Part shown: positions 37,422 through 51,995 of the stretch, piece by piece
Numbering within the stretch: position 1 is the first letter of the stretch
How the letters are laid out: each line of letters starts with the position of its first letter
Origin: Chrysomallon squamiferum
Taxonomy: Eukaryota > Animalia > Mollusca
Direction of reading: 5' to 3'
Length of the DNA stretch: 64,000 nucleotides
Assembly: GCA_012295275.1 (NCBI GenBank)
Contig: CM022665.1
Span: 16,368,001-16,432,000, forward strand
The notes under the pieces: generated by a model
Seen by the model: the letters and a program-made list of their open reading frames with translations, nothing else
What the model was told of the DNA's origin: nothing
Database searches by the model: none
Position numbers and translations under genes: made by a program

Positions 37422-40400
37422 ATGGAAAACCTATTAGAAATGACTGATCGTAGCTCATCAGTGGAAATGCCGGCATGCCTGCCCCCAGAGGTGCGCTAAG
37501 TGTTACGTTTTATCAATTGTTTTTGTTTTTAGGTCAGTGTTACTGATTGATTTTGTTCCATATTTATTTAAAATTTAGCACTATCGTTGAACTGGTTCAA
37601 ACCGTTATTATGCAGCCATACATCAGAATTAAAATAATAGCATTACTATAATTAATATTTTTGTTCTTCATAATTTAATGCCATTCTAATTCTTGTACAG
37701 AATCAGATACAATATTTTATATCGGGTGGGAGAGGGGAGAAAAGAAAAGAAAAAAGAAGATAAAACTTCATAAAAATAGTTTTGATTCAAATAAAAAAAA
37801 ATTCAATGACTTTGATTTTTGCAGGAAGAAGAAGGAAATGTGGAATATAAGGTAGTAATATTTCCATAGATTTGTCACTTTTAAGTTTTATTAAATCTGT
37901 CAGTGTTATTAATTTACTAGTGTTTTTTTTATTTATTTAAACATGGTTTTATATGTTTTAACAATGTTTTCAATGATTCATTTTCCTTTTTAAATTAATA
38001 TCTTCCTCTCTGTTTTACCACACACACACACATCCTTAACATTCAGTTGTTCTTTGTTTTCCTTATTTTTAAATAACTATTTTAGAAGCTAATACTAGGA
38101 TGTGATCCAAATACCTAAAGCTAATGGTTTAACTGAGGCTGATAATACTCAAATAAAAACTACATTTCATTAAATTCTGTAACATTATCATGATTATGTA
38201 GCTTATTTTACAATACATAAAATTACATTTCAGCTGAAACTTGTCAATCCGAGTACTTTCCGAATTGAACATCTCATCACTCAGATGAAATGGCGTTTGG
38301 AAGAGGGGGATGGAGAGGCCATCTATGAGATTGGAGTGGAAGATAATGGGATGTTGGCAGGGTTGGCAGATTCTGATCTAGAAGCTTCTCTACAGACCTT
38401 GCAGACAATGGCAAAAAGGTAAGAATTATTTTGTGTATGCATGCCATGTGTTCAAGTACATTCTGTCATGTAAATTTATAATGTGCAGAGAAGACCACAA
38501 AGGAAAATAGTTTTGTACTACTTAATATATTATTAAAAAGAATGTGGTTGATAATGTTTTCATTATTATTAATGTTATTACTGGTTAAAATCAACATCAT
38601 TATTATTGTTATTATCATTATTATTATTATTTGTAATTGACATCATTATCATTATTATAGTTATTGTTATTATTAATACATTAGTGTTTATGATTTAAAA
38701 AATAAAATTAAAAAATTAAGTGTGTTATGAATATATTTTATTTTATTTTTTTATTTATTTTTCTTGCACCTTTGTTTTTTTGTAAGTAAATATAAATTCT
38801 GCTTTATGAATTATTTAAAGAATTTTTTTGTTTGTTACACTTCTATATTTGCTAGAAGTAAAATAACTGACTGTAACTGGTTATTTTGTAATACTTTGCA
38901 TAAATTTGTATTTGTTTTCATATACATTGTATATTTTTATATATGAAAGAGGAGGGAGAGATAGGTGCAAAACTTGCTCAATAGGAGAATTGTTGACCTT
39001 CAGATTGCTGATGTTTTTTAATAATTTCTACACACAAAGCATTATTTGTTTCAGTATTTATAAAATATTTGATATATTTCAATATTGCTTTAGACTAGGG
39101 GCTTCATTAACAGTTCTACGAGAAAAGATTGTAGAAGGGAGAAATTCTGAAACTGGCAAACGTCGAGCAATGGAAGTTTTAGTCAGAAAAGTTCCCGATG
39201 ACCAGGAGGTAAATAAAAACATGTGATCTTGTAGAAAGAAAAAAAAATCTTTAATTTTACTTTCAGTTTTAATTGTTTTATCTGAATTTAATAACTAAAA
39301 ACATTTTATTCAAATAAAAAGCAGGTGTTTTTCTTTTTGTGTCTGTGGGTTTTTTTTAAATTCAGGGTTTAAGATAAAACAAAACAAAAAATATGTAATG
39401 GATTTTATGTGCATCAGATAGTTTATGTGGAATATATCCTGTTTGAAGGTTGTGCAGAGAATTAAAAAAAAAAACCCAAAACTTGCTTTTAACAACATTA
39501 TAAAACAAGCATAATTAATATTTAGAAAATACAAGCTTAAACCCTGAATACCATTTTGTTTCTGATCCTTTGCGTCTTTATATACTTACTGTGTGGTCTG
39601 AAGTGCATGGATTTTCTTTACAGACAACCCTGGTGGTTTAAGTAAGAAAAGACTTATTTTATATATGATTTTGTAAATGGGAGTTGAGTATAAGTGTAAG
39701 CAGAAAAGTCGTGCTAGATAGCCACTTATAATATCTAGTTTTCTTTTAATATGTATATTTGACTTACTAGTAGTCCAGTTTCAGTTCAGAGTAATCACCC
39801 TTTCACTAAATTTCATATTTTCTGTTTCTGGGATGTTACAATATTTGGAAGTCTGTTGCAATACATCTGCTTCTTACAGCATAATAAGATTGTGGGGTAA
39901 AACTGCTTCCTGCAGTTAAGGGTGATAACATTTTGAGTGGAAGGAAAGGGTTAATCAATCTTTTGAAACATGCATACCTCCACTGAATATTCGAGAACAG
40001 CTGTTTTAGGAAAAATGTCTATTTTATACTAGGATATTGGCTAGAAAAAAGTATATAATGGTCTTGTTCTTGATCTTTGGTAGAAGCCAGTACTAAGATA
40101 GTACCCAAATACCTACAACTGTTAAAGATAATGGATTAAATGTTAAAATAAAAATGAAAACAGATATCTTGAATTAATCAGTTTGTCGTTATGGGCAGTG
40201 ATGAATCTGTAAAGTATATGAATGTTTGATTTTTCAGTTTTTTAAAATAACATTTGTTAGTTTTTTTAACAAATGTTCCTGTGTGCTATTTAGATGAGTT
40301 TACTTGTGAAATTCACACACTTGCAGATTTAGCATGAACTTAATATCAAATCATTTACAACTACTATTACTGCTATTTATATTTAAAGAAGTGGAAATAT

Positions 40401-41907
40401 ATGTTACAGATGTTATTAGTAATGGTAGATGTATCCTTTTATTTTATAAATAGTTCAGTGAACTATAACAAGTACACATCACGATACCCCAAAAAAGTAA
40501 GTTTTCAACATTAATTTCATTGTTTAGGAAAGATTTGCTCAAATTTACATGTATTAATGTTGTCTAAAGGTTTGCTTACTAGTTACATTTATAATATAAA
40601 GAAAAAGTGCTTCTTTGAAAAATAAAAAAGAATAAAAATCATGTAAAGGGCAGGTAATAAAATACTGCAAATTTACAGTCATGTCCCTTAAAAAAAAAAG
40701 ACCCTCCTGTTTACTAAAGAGAAAATATTTTATTTAGAAAATGGGGAATATTTTATTTACTTGCCTTGATTATATTAAAAGGTAAGAATAAATAGCAAAT
40801 TATTGATTTTCACACATAAATCTGCTTTAATTATTTAAACTTTAATGGTTTTTGTTTTCTTTCAGTTTCATCATTTTGATTTCAGATTCTTAAACTTTTT
40901 ATTTCTTTCAGCATATTTTTCACAACAAGATTTTAGTTTTTTAAATGGATATGCTGTATAAACTTGTTTGAAATTATCAAAACAAATTTATATTTACAAG
41001 TGACTTTTTGAAGTTTTTCTTAACTTTAAAAAAAAAAAAAAAAAGAAATTTAAAATACAAAAACAAAAAAAGATCAAGCATTGCTAATAGTAAATTACAG
41101 TAATGTAACAAGTCCACTAAGGTTAACTGAAACAACTATTTTCTTTTTTTCCATTTATTCACTACACAAGAAAGAAAAGAAAATGGCAACCACCACAAAT
41201 CATAATGGACATGTTACACCTTGTTATTAACAGATAATTTACAAAAAAACAAAAAAACAATAAACTCTATCATTACTTGGTAGTGGACCATATATATTTA
41301 GGCTCTTTCATGACACCATCATATTTTAATAACCATATAGAAATGTATAAAATGTATATAAATACAAGACATACTTGATTGTATACAAGTTGTATTTAAG
41401 CTACATATATATATATATGTATCTAAAGCACAATTTAATTCTGCTTCCAGTTTATAGATTTGCGACTGGCAGTGTTAGGAAATGTGGATGCTGGGAAGAG
41501 CACTCTGTTAGGGGTTCTGACTCACGGAGAACTTGATAATGGCAGAGGTCGAGCAAGATTAAATCTGTTTCGACATCTGCATGAAATTCAGTCAGGCCGC
41601 ACTTCAAGTATTAGCCATGAGATCATTGGCTTTAATGCAGAAGGAGAGGTATTATTTATTAGTCAGAATGTTTTTTATGGTTACAATCTGATATATGTAA
41701 TACATCTAAATTTCTTCTCTGGTACAAATAATACAGAAAATAGTTTGAAAAAGATGTTTTGGTTTTGAACAAGTTAATATTTGGTCTTGTTGGATCATGG
41801 ATTTCATGTTTTCTTGAACTATATGAGGATGTTAACAAAATTCTTAAATCTTTGAACTCAAAATGTAAGACACTATTTTACAAATAGCGTAGAGCTTGCT
41901 TGCTCTC

Positions 41908-41957
<50 letters not shown>

Positions 41958-44900
41958 ATATCATTCTCACCTCTTCCTTCCCTTCCTCCTCACATGATAG
42001 ATCTATAATCTTAAAGCCATTATTTTGTTTTGTATAGATTGTAAATTATAGTGGATCTCGTACAATAGAAGATATTTGTGAGGTGTCCACCAAGCTGATC
42101 ACTCTGATTGATCTGGCTGGACATCACAAATATCTGAAAACAACAATCTTTGGCCTCACTGGAAACTCTCCTGACTGTGCAGCCCTCACGGTCAATGCAA
42201 GTACGGGCATGGGTAAGTTGCAGTTTGGTTATGTTGCTTAAAATTTAGTTGGCTGTTCTCTGATTTTAATGAGTAAGCTGAGGTATATGGTAACTATTTC
42301 CTGTTGGATTTTAATATTCATTGTTGATTGTTATTTAGTTTTCAGTTTTGGTTGGAATTAATTTTTGTTTTTCGTGTTAATGTTGTAATAATGTGAATAT
42401 TACAGATTTTTGGAATTTCATACAATTTATGTTAAAAAAAAAATCATGCTGTTCATTTTTCTTTATATACCGTATATACTTGTGTATAAGTCGAATTTTT
42501 GGGAGACTATATTAAGGTAATATTTTGGGGGTCGACTTATACATAGGTAATGCTTTTGTAGCTGTTGCTGAAGAGTCGCCATTTTGACTATTTTTTGCTA
42601 CTGGATGCATCTAAAATAATTGCGGTCTTTCAGCTTTTCAAAAATATAATTTTATTGTATAAAGATTTTTGAAAAATTAAATAACAAAACCAAATATGAA
42701 TGTAAAACATGATATTCTTCCGTTTAATGACATAAAAATACATTTTAAAGTGAGAAAACCGTCAGTACGGCGTTATGCCTTACGGCGTCTTGCAATGATT
42801 TAGGCTATAGCTCGTGTAATACATGCATTTACATTATTATGGTATGTTCCTGCAAGTTATGTTACAGTAGGCGTACAATGTAGGCCTTCATGGCACTGTC
42901 ACACTGGTCTAAAAATAGTAACGGTGCCTGGAATCTACAGTCGACTTATACACAAGTAATACCTAAAATGACGCAATTTTTGGTCTTAAAATACACATCG
43001 ACTTATACATAAGGTCACCTTGTACACAAGTATATACGGTATATACTGCAAAATATAAAATTTTATATGAGTAGTAGCATCCAAATTTTTAATTTTTTTT
43101 GGTTTTATTTATTTAATTTTTTTTTTAAGCTGGGACAACCAAAGAACACTTGGGATATGCCATGGCATTAGGAGTTCCAATATTTGTAGTTGTCACTAAA
43201 ATTGACCTCTGTAGGTCACTGATGGTTGAAAAAGCTCTAAGACAGCTGGAGAGTATCTTGAAAGGACCAGGATGTAAAAAAGTACCAATCAGAATTAAAA
43301 CAGAAGATGATGCCATCACAGCAGCTTCAAACTTTGACACTGAGGCGTTAGTATTTTCTAAGTAATTTATTGTGAGAAATAAATTGTTTCTATTTGCCTA
43401 ATATCTTTTACTGTTTTATCTTTGAATTATTCTGAAATTTGGTAAAACGAAATAAAGTATTATTTAAAATGTGTGTATGTGTGTGTGTGTATGTGCATGT
43501 ATACGTGCCTGTGTTAAAAAGAAAACAGATACAGACAAAACATGCATACACAAAAGCAAATACATACGTACTACTAGATAAATTATATAATTATTCACCT
43601 GACAGAAATTAGTTTTCTGAATCTTATTTGTTTGCAGAATAACTCCAATTTTCACTGTATCAAGTGTCAGTGGTAAAAATCTTGACCTACTTAAGAAATT
43701 TCTCAACGTGTTACCTCCCTTGAAGAGTCGAACAGACAGAGAAAAACTTGTTCAGCACAGCACAGAATTTCAGGTATCAGTGTAACTTGTGAATGTTTAG
43801 TGAATAATATTACAAAACAACACAGGTAATAAAATTTTGTTTAAGAAATTAAGAAGTGAAAAGGTCAAATAAATTGATAATAAAATGGAATGCTGTCAAT
43901 AGTAAAAAAAAAAAAAAAAAAAAATTTATAAAGTTCGGTCGATGTAGCAAATTATGGCATTGCTGATTATGAAATTCAGTTTCAGTGGTTGTAATAATTA
44001 TGTTATCCTACCCATGAGAAAAATAATTTGATCAACATTTTCCTTTATGTTATTAATTCAAAACAGATAATCTCCAGTAATAAACAATTATAAAGGTTAT
44101 GATTAAAAAAATAGAATGCCAGTATGTTTTGTACTATATTATTCTATGTATATTATTTGAAAATGCCTAAAGTTGCAAATTAATATAATTTAATAGCTTT
44201 TTATAACATTTAAAATTATTTCATTTTAATTTTTAAAATGGTTTTTTTTTCTTCAGATTGATGAATTATTTTCTGTACCGGGTGTTGGGACAGTTGTAGG
44301 AGGTAATATTCGAAGGTAAATACATAAATTTGATTATTTTGTTAAATGCAACATAGTGTGTCTTTGGTATATATTGTGATGCGTACCATGTAATACTGCT
44401 GATAACAAAATGAAGTATAAAGAGGAGTTGATGTAAATAATGGCCAAGACACACGATATTGTCACTACTTAGCTTACTTAAATATAATGTAGTGTACCCA
44501 GAGGCCCTGGGCATCCAATCAGAGAAAAGAACTTAATAAATTTGGTTGATTTATATTTTAATTTTTTATCTACAGAGGATCAATACGAGAAGGTGATAAT
44601 GTGATGCTTGGTCCGTATGAGTGTGGAACTTTCAGAGAGGTCAAAGTGAAAACCGTCCAGAGAAACCGGTTACCATGCCGACTGATTCAGGCTGGACAGT
44701 CAGCCACTGTTGCTCTCCTTGATGTTGAGAGAGAAGAACTGAGAAAGGTTTGTTCATAGCTTGTGTGCAGATATACAGATGTTACAGACACATTGATAAT
44801 CTTAATTTTATAGAAAAATTTTTATAAAGTGAATATTTTTGATTTATAAAAAAAAAATATGCACAAAATGTGATTTTAAATATCGTTCTAGAAATAAATA

Positions 44901-45724
44901 AATTTCTTCTGAATTTTGGCACTGTTAATAAAAAAGGGTAGATTATATTTCTGGTTATCCTTCTTTGGCAGTATATATAAAAGTAATTTCAAGTCATAAT
45001 TTTCTTGGCTATGTTACATCTGGGTTCTTTATTGGTTGATATATTAATTTTACTTTTATTAACAGGGTATGGTGCTGGTCAGTGACAGTTCAGATCTTTG
45101 TTCATGTAAAGAGTTTGAGGCAGATGTGTATGTTCTGTTTCACACAAGTCGAATATCAACGGGATTTCAAACCACAGTACACATAGGCACTGTCTGCCAG
45201 ACAACAGTTATTGTCAAAATGGATAAGGTTTGTGTTCTTACTGTTTCTTAGAGGTACTTTAATGAAATTTTTTATTTTATTTACAAAAAGCTTAAAATAT
45301 TTTTACATACAATTATATTGTGTGTCATTCCCTTCATTTTGTAATTGTAATAAAAAAAGCCATGATTCAACCATTTCAATAAAAAAAAATGTATTTTGAT
45401 TTAACATACAGATGTAAACTAGTAATTTACTATATCACAGTATTTTATTCTTTCCCTCTTTACATCTCTCTATCTTTGTCTTTATCTCAGTCCTGTACAG
45501 TATTTTTAATCATTTTTTTATTTTATCACTGAGTGCTGTTGTTTGTTGTTTTTTGTTTTCTTTAGGAACACATAAGAACAAATGAAAAAGCACGTGTTAT
45601 TTTCCGGTTAATCAAACAACCTGAGTACATCTGTCCTGGTTCACGTCTGCTGTTTAGGGATGGAAAGACTAAAGGAATGGGTGAAGTAATCAAAGTATTT
45701 CCGTATGAACAAGTTCAGCGTTGA
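37422..45724 (+). CDS. GTPBP2: GTP-binding protein 2 (translational GTPase, ribosome rescue)
   Basis: Coding exons 37422-37490, 37825-37851 (27-nt EEEGNVEYK), 38234-38418, 39094-39208, 41451-41648, 42038-42212, 43130-43346, 43638-43773, 44257-44315, 44576-44747, 45066-45227, 45566-45724. Motifs [29 protein letters not shown]1 [31 protein letters not shown] (GTPBP2-type rather than GTPBP1), G3 DLAGH, G4 TKID. Confidence 0.95.
42470..43039. mobile_element. Tc2/pogo-like MITE in a GTPBP2 intron
   Basis: TIRs CCGTATATACTTGTGTATAAG ... CTTGTACACAAGTATATACGG, with TA on both sides. Repeated subterminal TCGACTTATAC motif; 570 bp; non-coding. Confidence 0.88.
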
Positions 45725-48700
45725 ATACACTTAGCAACCTGGTGTTTCAGTATTTAAAAGAACAAATGTGCTGACCTGTATCCAGGCAAAAAAAAGGAAA
45801 TGGAAAGAGATAAAAACGTAACTGGTACAAACTGTTTAAAAATTGTAAAGTGTTAAAGGTTTTACTTTATTTAAATTTACAATCACACTAAAATCTTTAG
45901 TTAAGGAGATTCATCTTTGAAAACCCCCAAAAACCTTTAAGTTAAAGATATTATCTTACTTCCAAAATGCTCACTTTTGTCAGAACATATTTTACTAATC
46001 CCTGCACAGAGTTCAAAAACCATTTTTGGTTTGTTTGTTTGTTTTGCATTTGTTAGATAGTAATGTTCACAACAGCTAATTACATCAGTTTTCCACAATT
46101 CAAATTTCAGTCGTTGGAATGATAATTATTTATCTTGAAATAAGTTTTGAACCACAGCTGCTGCTGTACTTAAAACCACGTTAGTGAAGAAATGTTTATT
46201 GGAAACTGTATTTCTTTTTAGATATATAGATATCTGATTTTGCACAGATATCCACTTACTGGGTTAACTTAATTTTAAAGTTGCCAGCCATACAGCTATT
46301 TTTTAATTATTATTATTATTTTTTAAATCACCTTGGGCTTCAGATGGGTTATAATAAATACCACTCTGGGCTAACCAAAATCCCACCAGTCTGAATAATT
46401 TTCTTTATGTTAAATTTCAGTTCATATTAAATGGAATATTTGCATGTTACAGATTTTTACTATTACATAAAATAGTTAAGATATATTTAAAATTGTAATG
46501 TGTCGGGGAACATTTATATAACTGTTGTTGTTTATGATGTTTTATGTTTTTCATTAATGTTTGTTAAGATTTAGCATTTTTGTTTGTTGCTTGATTTTTA
46601 TTTTAAATACAAACTTTGTGTTACAGATTATGTATATTTAGAAAATCACTGTTTCACAAATATTGTTGGGTTCTTTTTGTTTTATTAACTTAAATTTTAA
46701 ATCAATGTTTGTTTGACTTTATCCAGACTAAATTAAATTTTTATGTAGAATTTTTATTTGAGTTGAGATTTGTTTTGCTTGTTAGGTATAATTCTTCTTT
46801 TTTTAAATTTGTTTTTGTGCTAGTCATTATTATAAAATAATAATTCATGTAAATGTAGAAATTTATATTTTCTCATTTGAAACTAGAAATACAAATGTAT
46901 TTTGGTATGTATAATTATGCATGTGCTTGTGAATATGTCTTTCATTTTCAGTTAAAATTGAAGTGTCTAATACATCTCTCTTAATTATCTATTAGAAGCT
47001 TCGTTTATAAAATTACAAAGTCTAAACAAATTTATGCAGCAGTTGTTTACTTTTGACTTTCCAAAAGGCTTTGGAGTATTCCAGCAGCAACATGTAATGC
47101 AGAAATAGGTACGTGGTCAATGGGTACAAATCCATTGTTTTAAGCTTTTATTAAAATCTTGTAATGAAACCCTCAGCTGACAGATTGAGAGAAAAATGCA
47201 GTGAAATACCGTCTCAGTAAGATTTGGGGAGAAAAAGGTTATTTAGTCACATTTTCTGTTTAATGTTTTTGTGCAAGAAAAGTAATAATATGTGGTTTTC
47301 TTTGTTACAAATGCATACATAAAACAACAACAGAATAAAGGCTTCTTTACAAAAGCTGTTTAGAACAATCAGGCGTTCAAAGATTTACTGTTTCTGAAGT
47401 ACACATATCTAGATACAGACTTTTAGTTATGTATTTGTATTACTGTCATACATGTAATTTATTATAACCATTCCTGTTCTAAATACTTGTATATTAATGT
47501 AATAATGAATAGATTTCATCTTTCAAAACCTAAATTGTATGTATCTTGTTTTGTTTAAACAGCTCTCAGAGCAGAGTTTATGGTTTGAACAATGTGCATA
47601 ATGTGTTTTTATAATTTTTAATGTATGTATGGGTTTGTTTTTAGATATTTTCATATGAAATTTGATTCTTTTGTATCAATATTATTCTCTTTTTTTACTG
47701 TAGTTTGTGGCATATCACAGTTTTAATTTGTTATAGTGTGCACAGTAGCATGTAGTGTGTTTTTAGTACTTTTTAAATTATATTCTTTGGGTTCAAAGGG
47801 TGCATTATATCATGACAAATTTTTATTGAAATTATAATACTAATATTGCTTCTGTATTTATATTAATTACATTGTCTATTTAGAACATTGGCTATTAAGG
47901 ACAGTGTTGGGGTTTTGGTCCTGCTTTTATTTTATTATTTTTTTAAAAACAAACTAATAATGATAATTTATTTATTAATCTGTGTTTATATTACTTGTAA
48001 GCAGTTTTAATTTCAGACAGAATATTTTTCTATTCATTTTCCTTCCAAAACTGTAAACCTGTTTTTGTTTTGGTGTTGTCTGTTACTTGTTGACCAAGTT
48101 CTTTCTTGTTATTATTTTATAAACAAGTTCCTTGTAAAAATTAATTATGTTTTTAATTCAGCTAATCTTTCATTAAGATCTAGAGTTAGTTAATTCTTGT
48201 GGCAGAAAGATCACGAGTGGGTAAAAAAACACCCAAAAAAGCATCATCTTCTTCTTCTAGTAAGAGCCACAAGTGTGCAAAAATTGGATTGATAATGGAA
48301 AATAAAAATATTTTTTTACAAAAATCTAAATATCAAATCATTCACCAGTTAATTACTTGAAGCAACTAGTGATAGGAAGTTGCCTGTCCTGATTTTAGTT
48401 TTCTCATGAATTTTATTTGTTAAATCATGAGCTTTTACAAAAGTAAATTGTTATATTTATATTTTGAAAAAATTCCATATATGAATGAATTACAAAGTAT
48501 TTCCTTAAAGGGAAAAAAAAAAAAAAGTAATAATTTTAAATTTATACCAATTTCATTCTACAAAATCAGGTTTAGTTAGCATATATTAGCTAATGAAAAA
48601 TCTTACAAAATATTTTGTTATTATACTCAAAAATGGAAATATCTCATTCAAGGTGTTTTTAATTTTAATTTGTTTTTTTAATTTGGTTTTAAATACTTTT

Positions 48701-48905
48701 ACAAAGCTTAAACAAGGAAATAACTTTATTTCTAAATTTGTTGCACATGATATTTTAATCCATGAATTTTTAATGTTGTTATTTAATTACAGTTATATAT
48801 GTGTTACTGTTACAACAACCTTTTCTAACTTCAGTAATTTTTATTATTACTACTACTTCTACTAGTACTACTACTACTACTACTACATCATACTATCTTT
48901 TATTA

Positions 48906-48951
<46 letters not shown>

Positions 48952-50411
48952 TATAAATTATTTATAAGTAGCTGGGTGTTCTGCTGAAAAACTGAACTGC
49001 TAATCTCTGTATAGTGTTCGTGTACAGATTAGTTTCTGTCCGGTTTAATCTTTTCACTGTGATATCCTTAAATATATTAGCTAAAATTTTGTTGTATCAA
49101 CATTAGTAGTGTTATTACATTATGCATTTAGGGTACGGCTAAGATGATGATGATGATGTAGGAGGGTAAAGAGGAAGGAATGGTATGAATGAGTATTTAT
49201 AAAATTTTCTTAATACAGTACTGTAGATTTTTGTTGATTAAAGAAAACTAAGAAAAACAATTGTGTTTTTGTTTTTATTTTTCATAAAATTCAGCAAATA
49301 GAAGAAATTCGGAATTAATAATATAGGTCAGTAAATTTTGTAAAGACATTAAAGTAAATGTGCTACTTATTAGTGACCATCTGGTTGCCAATTTTTATAT
49401 ATTGGACAGTACATTAAACAGTTTTTGATAACCTAGATACAGAACAGTGGATGGAATCATGACAGTTGTGTTTTAACCTATAAGCTACAGAAAAAATTTT
49501 ATTCATATTTTTCCACGGACAAATAAATATTTTGTCACATCAGTTTTTTTTCCTGTAAGGTTTAAATTATTTTGTTTATTAAGAGGTCACCTTTATTGGA
49601 TGATTTGAAGAATAAAAATGTGATCTCCCTGGATGTAATTTAGTTTAACAAAAAAATAAACTAATAAATAAATAAATAATGCTAAAAATAGTTTTTATGA
49701 TTAGACATAAAATCAATAAGAAATAATTGCTGGTGTAATAGCTATACTGCATTTATTATTCAGATCAGGTATTTACAGCATTTTATAATCTGTATATAAT
49801 ACATTTAAAACTGGTATGAGCAATATAATAAATAGAAGTATATTTTCATTAATACAAATAGTTTTGGCAATCATACAAGAAAGTAACATGCATTTTTGCA
49901 TTGACAACAAATATATTTAATTAAGGACGGAAAACTGGATGGTTTTTATATTATATCAACATAATTTTAAGATGCATAATTAAAAAATGAAAAATAATAT
50001 AATTTCTGAAATTGGTAGTTATAAATTCTACTTATGTTTGATCAATTTTATCTACTTTGTGTCATTTTGTTTCTTTCATTTTTTTCAGTTCTTTTGTATG
50101 AAATAACCAGTAGTCATTTATTTTGGTCATATGTCCCATTAATTATTTAATCCTCTGCATAAATAAATACCTAAATGCAAGGGACAGATTAAATAATAAC
50201 ACAATTTTACTACCTAAGAATTTTCGCATAACAAAGCAGATGCGTAAGTAAGTTTTAGGAATTAATGTAGTCTAAATATAAAGTATTTGTGATAAACTAA
50301 TATAGTTTAAATATTAACCATTTGTTATAAATTAGCATAGTCTAAATATTAACTACCTGTTATAAATTAATATTGTTTATATATATTAACCCTCTGTTAT
50401 AAATTAATGCA

Positions 50412-50414
<3 letters not shown>

Positions 50415-50465
<51 letters not shown>
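50415..50465. repeat. (TA)n microsatellite inside a short degenerate tandem repeat of about 34 bp (about 50270-50490)
   Basis: Direct reading; the flanking unit ATATTAACCATTTGTTATAAATTA recurs. Confidence 0.85.
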
Positions 50466-50468
<3 letters not shown>

Positions 50469-51451
50469 CCATTTGTTCTAAAACTAATTACATCTTCCAA
50501 GTGTAGACATAAATTATGACAAGAACATAGCTGGGGTTTAGACTACAATATTAACAATTATTATATATTTTAATCTAACACAGTAACACAGCTTGAGACT
50601 AATAGTTTATATAATTAGTAAAAAATGTAACCATTAAATATATCTCAATTAACTAAAACATAAATTAAACGCAATAAGCACTAAGATATATTACATTTAA
50701 CTTATCTTAAAACAGTGATATTAATTTTTCATGTTTTTTAACTTTACATTTTCCTTCATTAATAAATACAGAACTTAAATAATGTTATTATTTAATACTG
50801 TACCTAATAATAAAATGTGCCATATGTTCATTTTATACAAACATGACAGTAATGTTACATGGTAAAATAAAAAATAATCACCTACAGTACATTATGCAGA
50901 GTTCACAAAAATCTTAATAAATAATCATCAAATTGTTAATATATACTAAAAAGGTATTACAAATACGGAAGATACAGGAATACATTTGAATCTTACATTA
51001 AAAATACAAATACATATTTGAACTAAATACTTTCAAAGAAAAGTATTTGTCCATTCATAGAATGGTTTTTACATTAATAAATAAAATACTTTTCATATTT
51101 ATACATTTTTACGTAATCTATTTTCATAATATCAATCAAATTCACATATCATTTTCATAATTCTTGTATAATATTTATTTTATTTTATGCAAAATATATT
51201 TTTAGAATTAATGCACTATATGGTTTTCACATTAAAAAATAAGATTTTTCACACTGCTAGTATAATATTTGTCATATGCTTCAATATTTCAAACTGATAC
51301 TGTTTCAAGGAGATTTGAAATGAATAAGTATACCCAGTATTTTACAATACTAGTATTTCTCTCTAGTACCTGTGACAAACACACAAACTAACAACAGTTC
51401 TCTGTTTTTGAATTTAAAGTAAGTTCAGTTTCATTCCTCTTGGGAACTTTG

Positions 51452-51478
51452 TCATCTTTTTGCCAAGTTTGCTGAAAA

Positions 51479-51509
<31 letters not shown>

Positions 51510-51560
51510 ATACTGAATGAATGAATGAATGAATGAATGAATAAATAAATAAATAATAAT

Positions 51561-51608
<48 letters not shown>

Positions 51609-51960
51609 AATAATAATGAAATGTAAAACATTTAAAATATATATAAAAATTACACTTTAGAAAAGTACATGTATTTTTATTACTAGTCAGGTCATGTGCC
51701 GTTGAATGACAAAGTTTAAAATTAAATCATCAATGAAACTCCATATCATTATAAACACCAATGATTTTACAAGAGTGATTGTTTCAGTTTCACATGGGCA
51801 GCTAATATCAAATAGTTAAATCTGTCTTGATGGAATGTTAGGTTCTTGTGGTAACAGGAGAATTTAACTTTTTATATACACACATCAAATTATCACCCTA
51901 AATTTATATTTGTTTTTAAATGAAGGAAGTCTTTTAGTAATAACAGTACTGATTTTAAAA

Positions 51961-51995
<35 letters not shown>

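Noticed and set aside
45725-51451. Hidden gene or ncRNA between GTPBP2 and KIF6
   Set aside because: No credible exons or tRNA/snRNA motifs seen; consistent with AT-rich UTR or intergenic DNA plus microsatellites.
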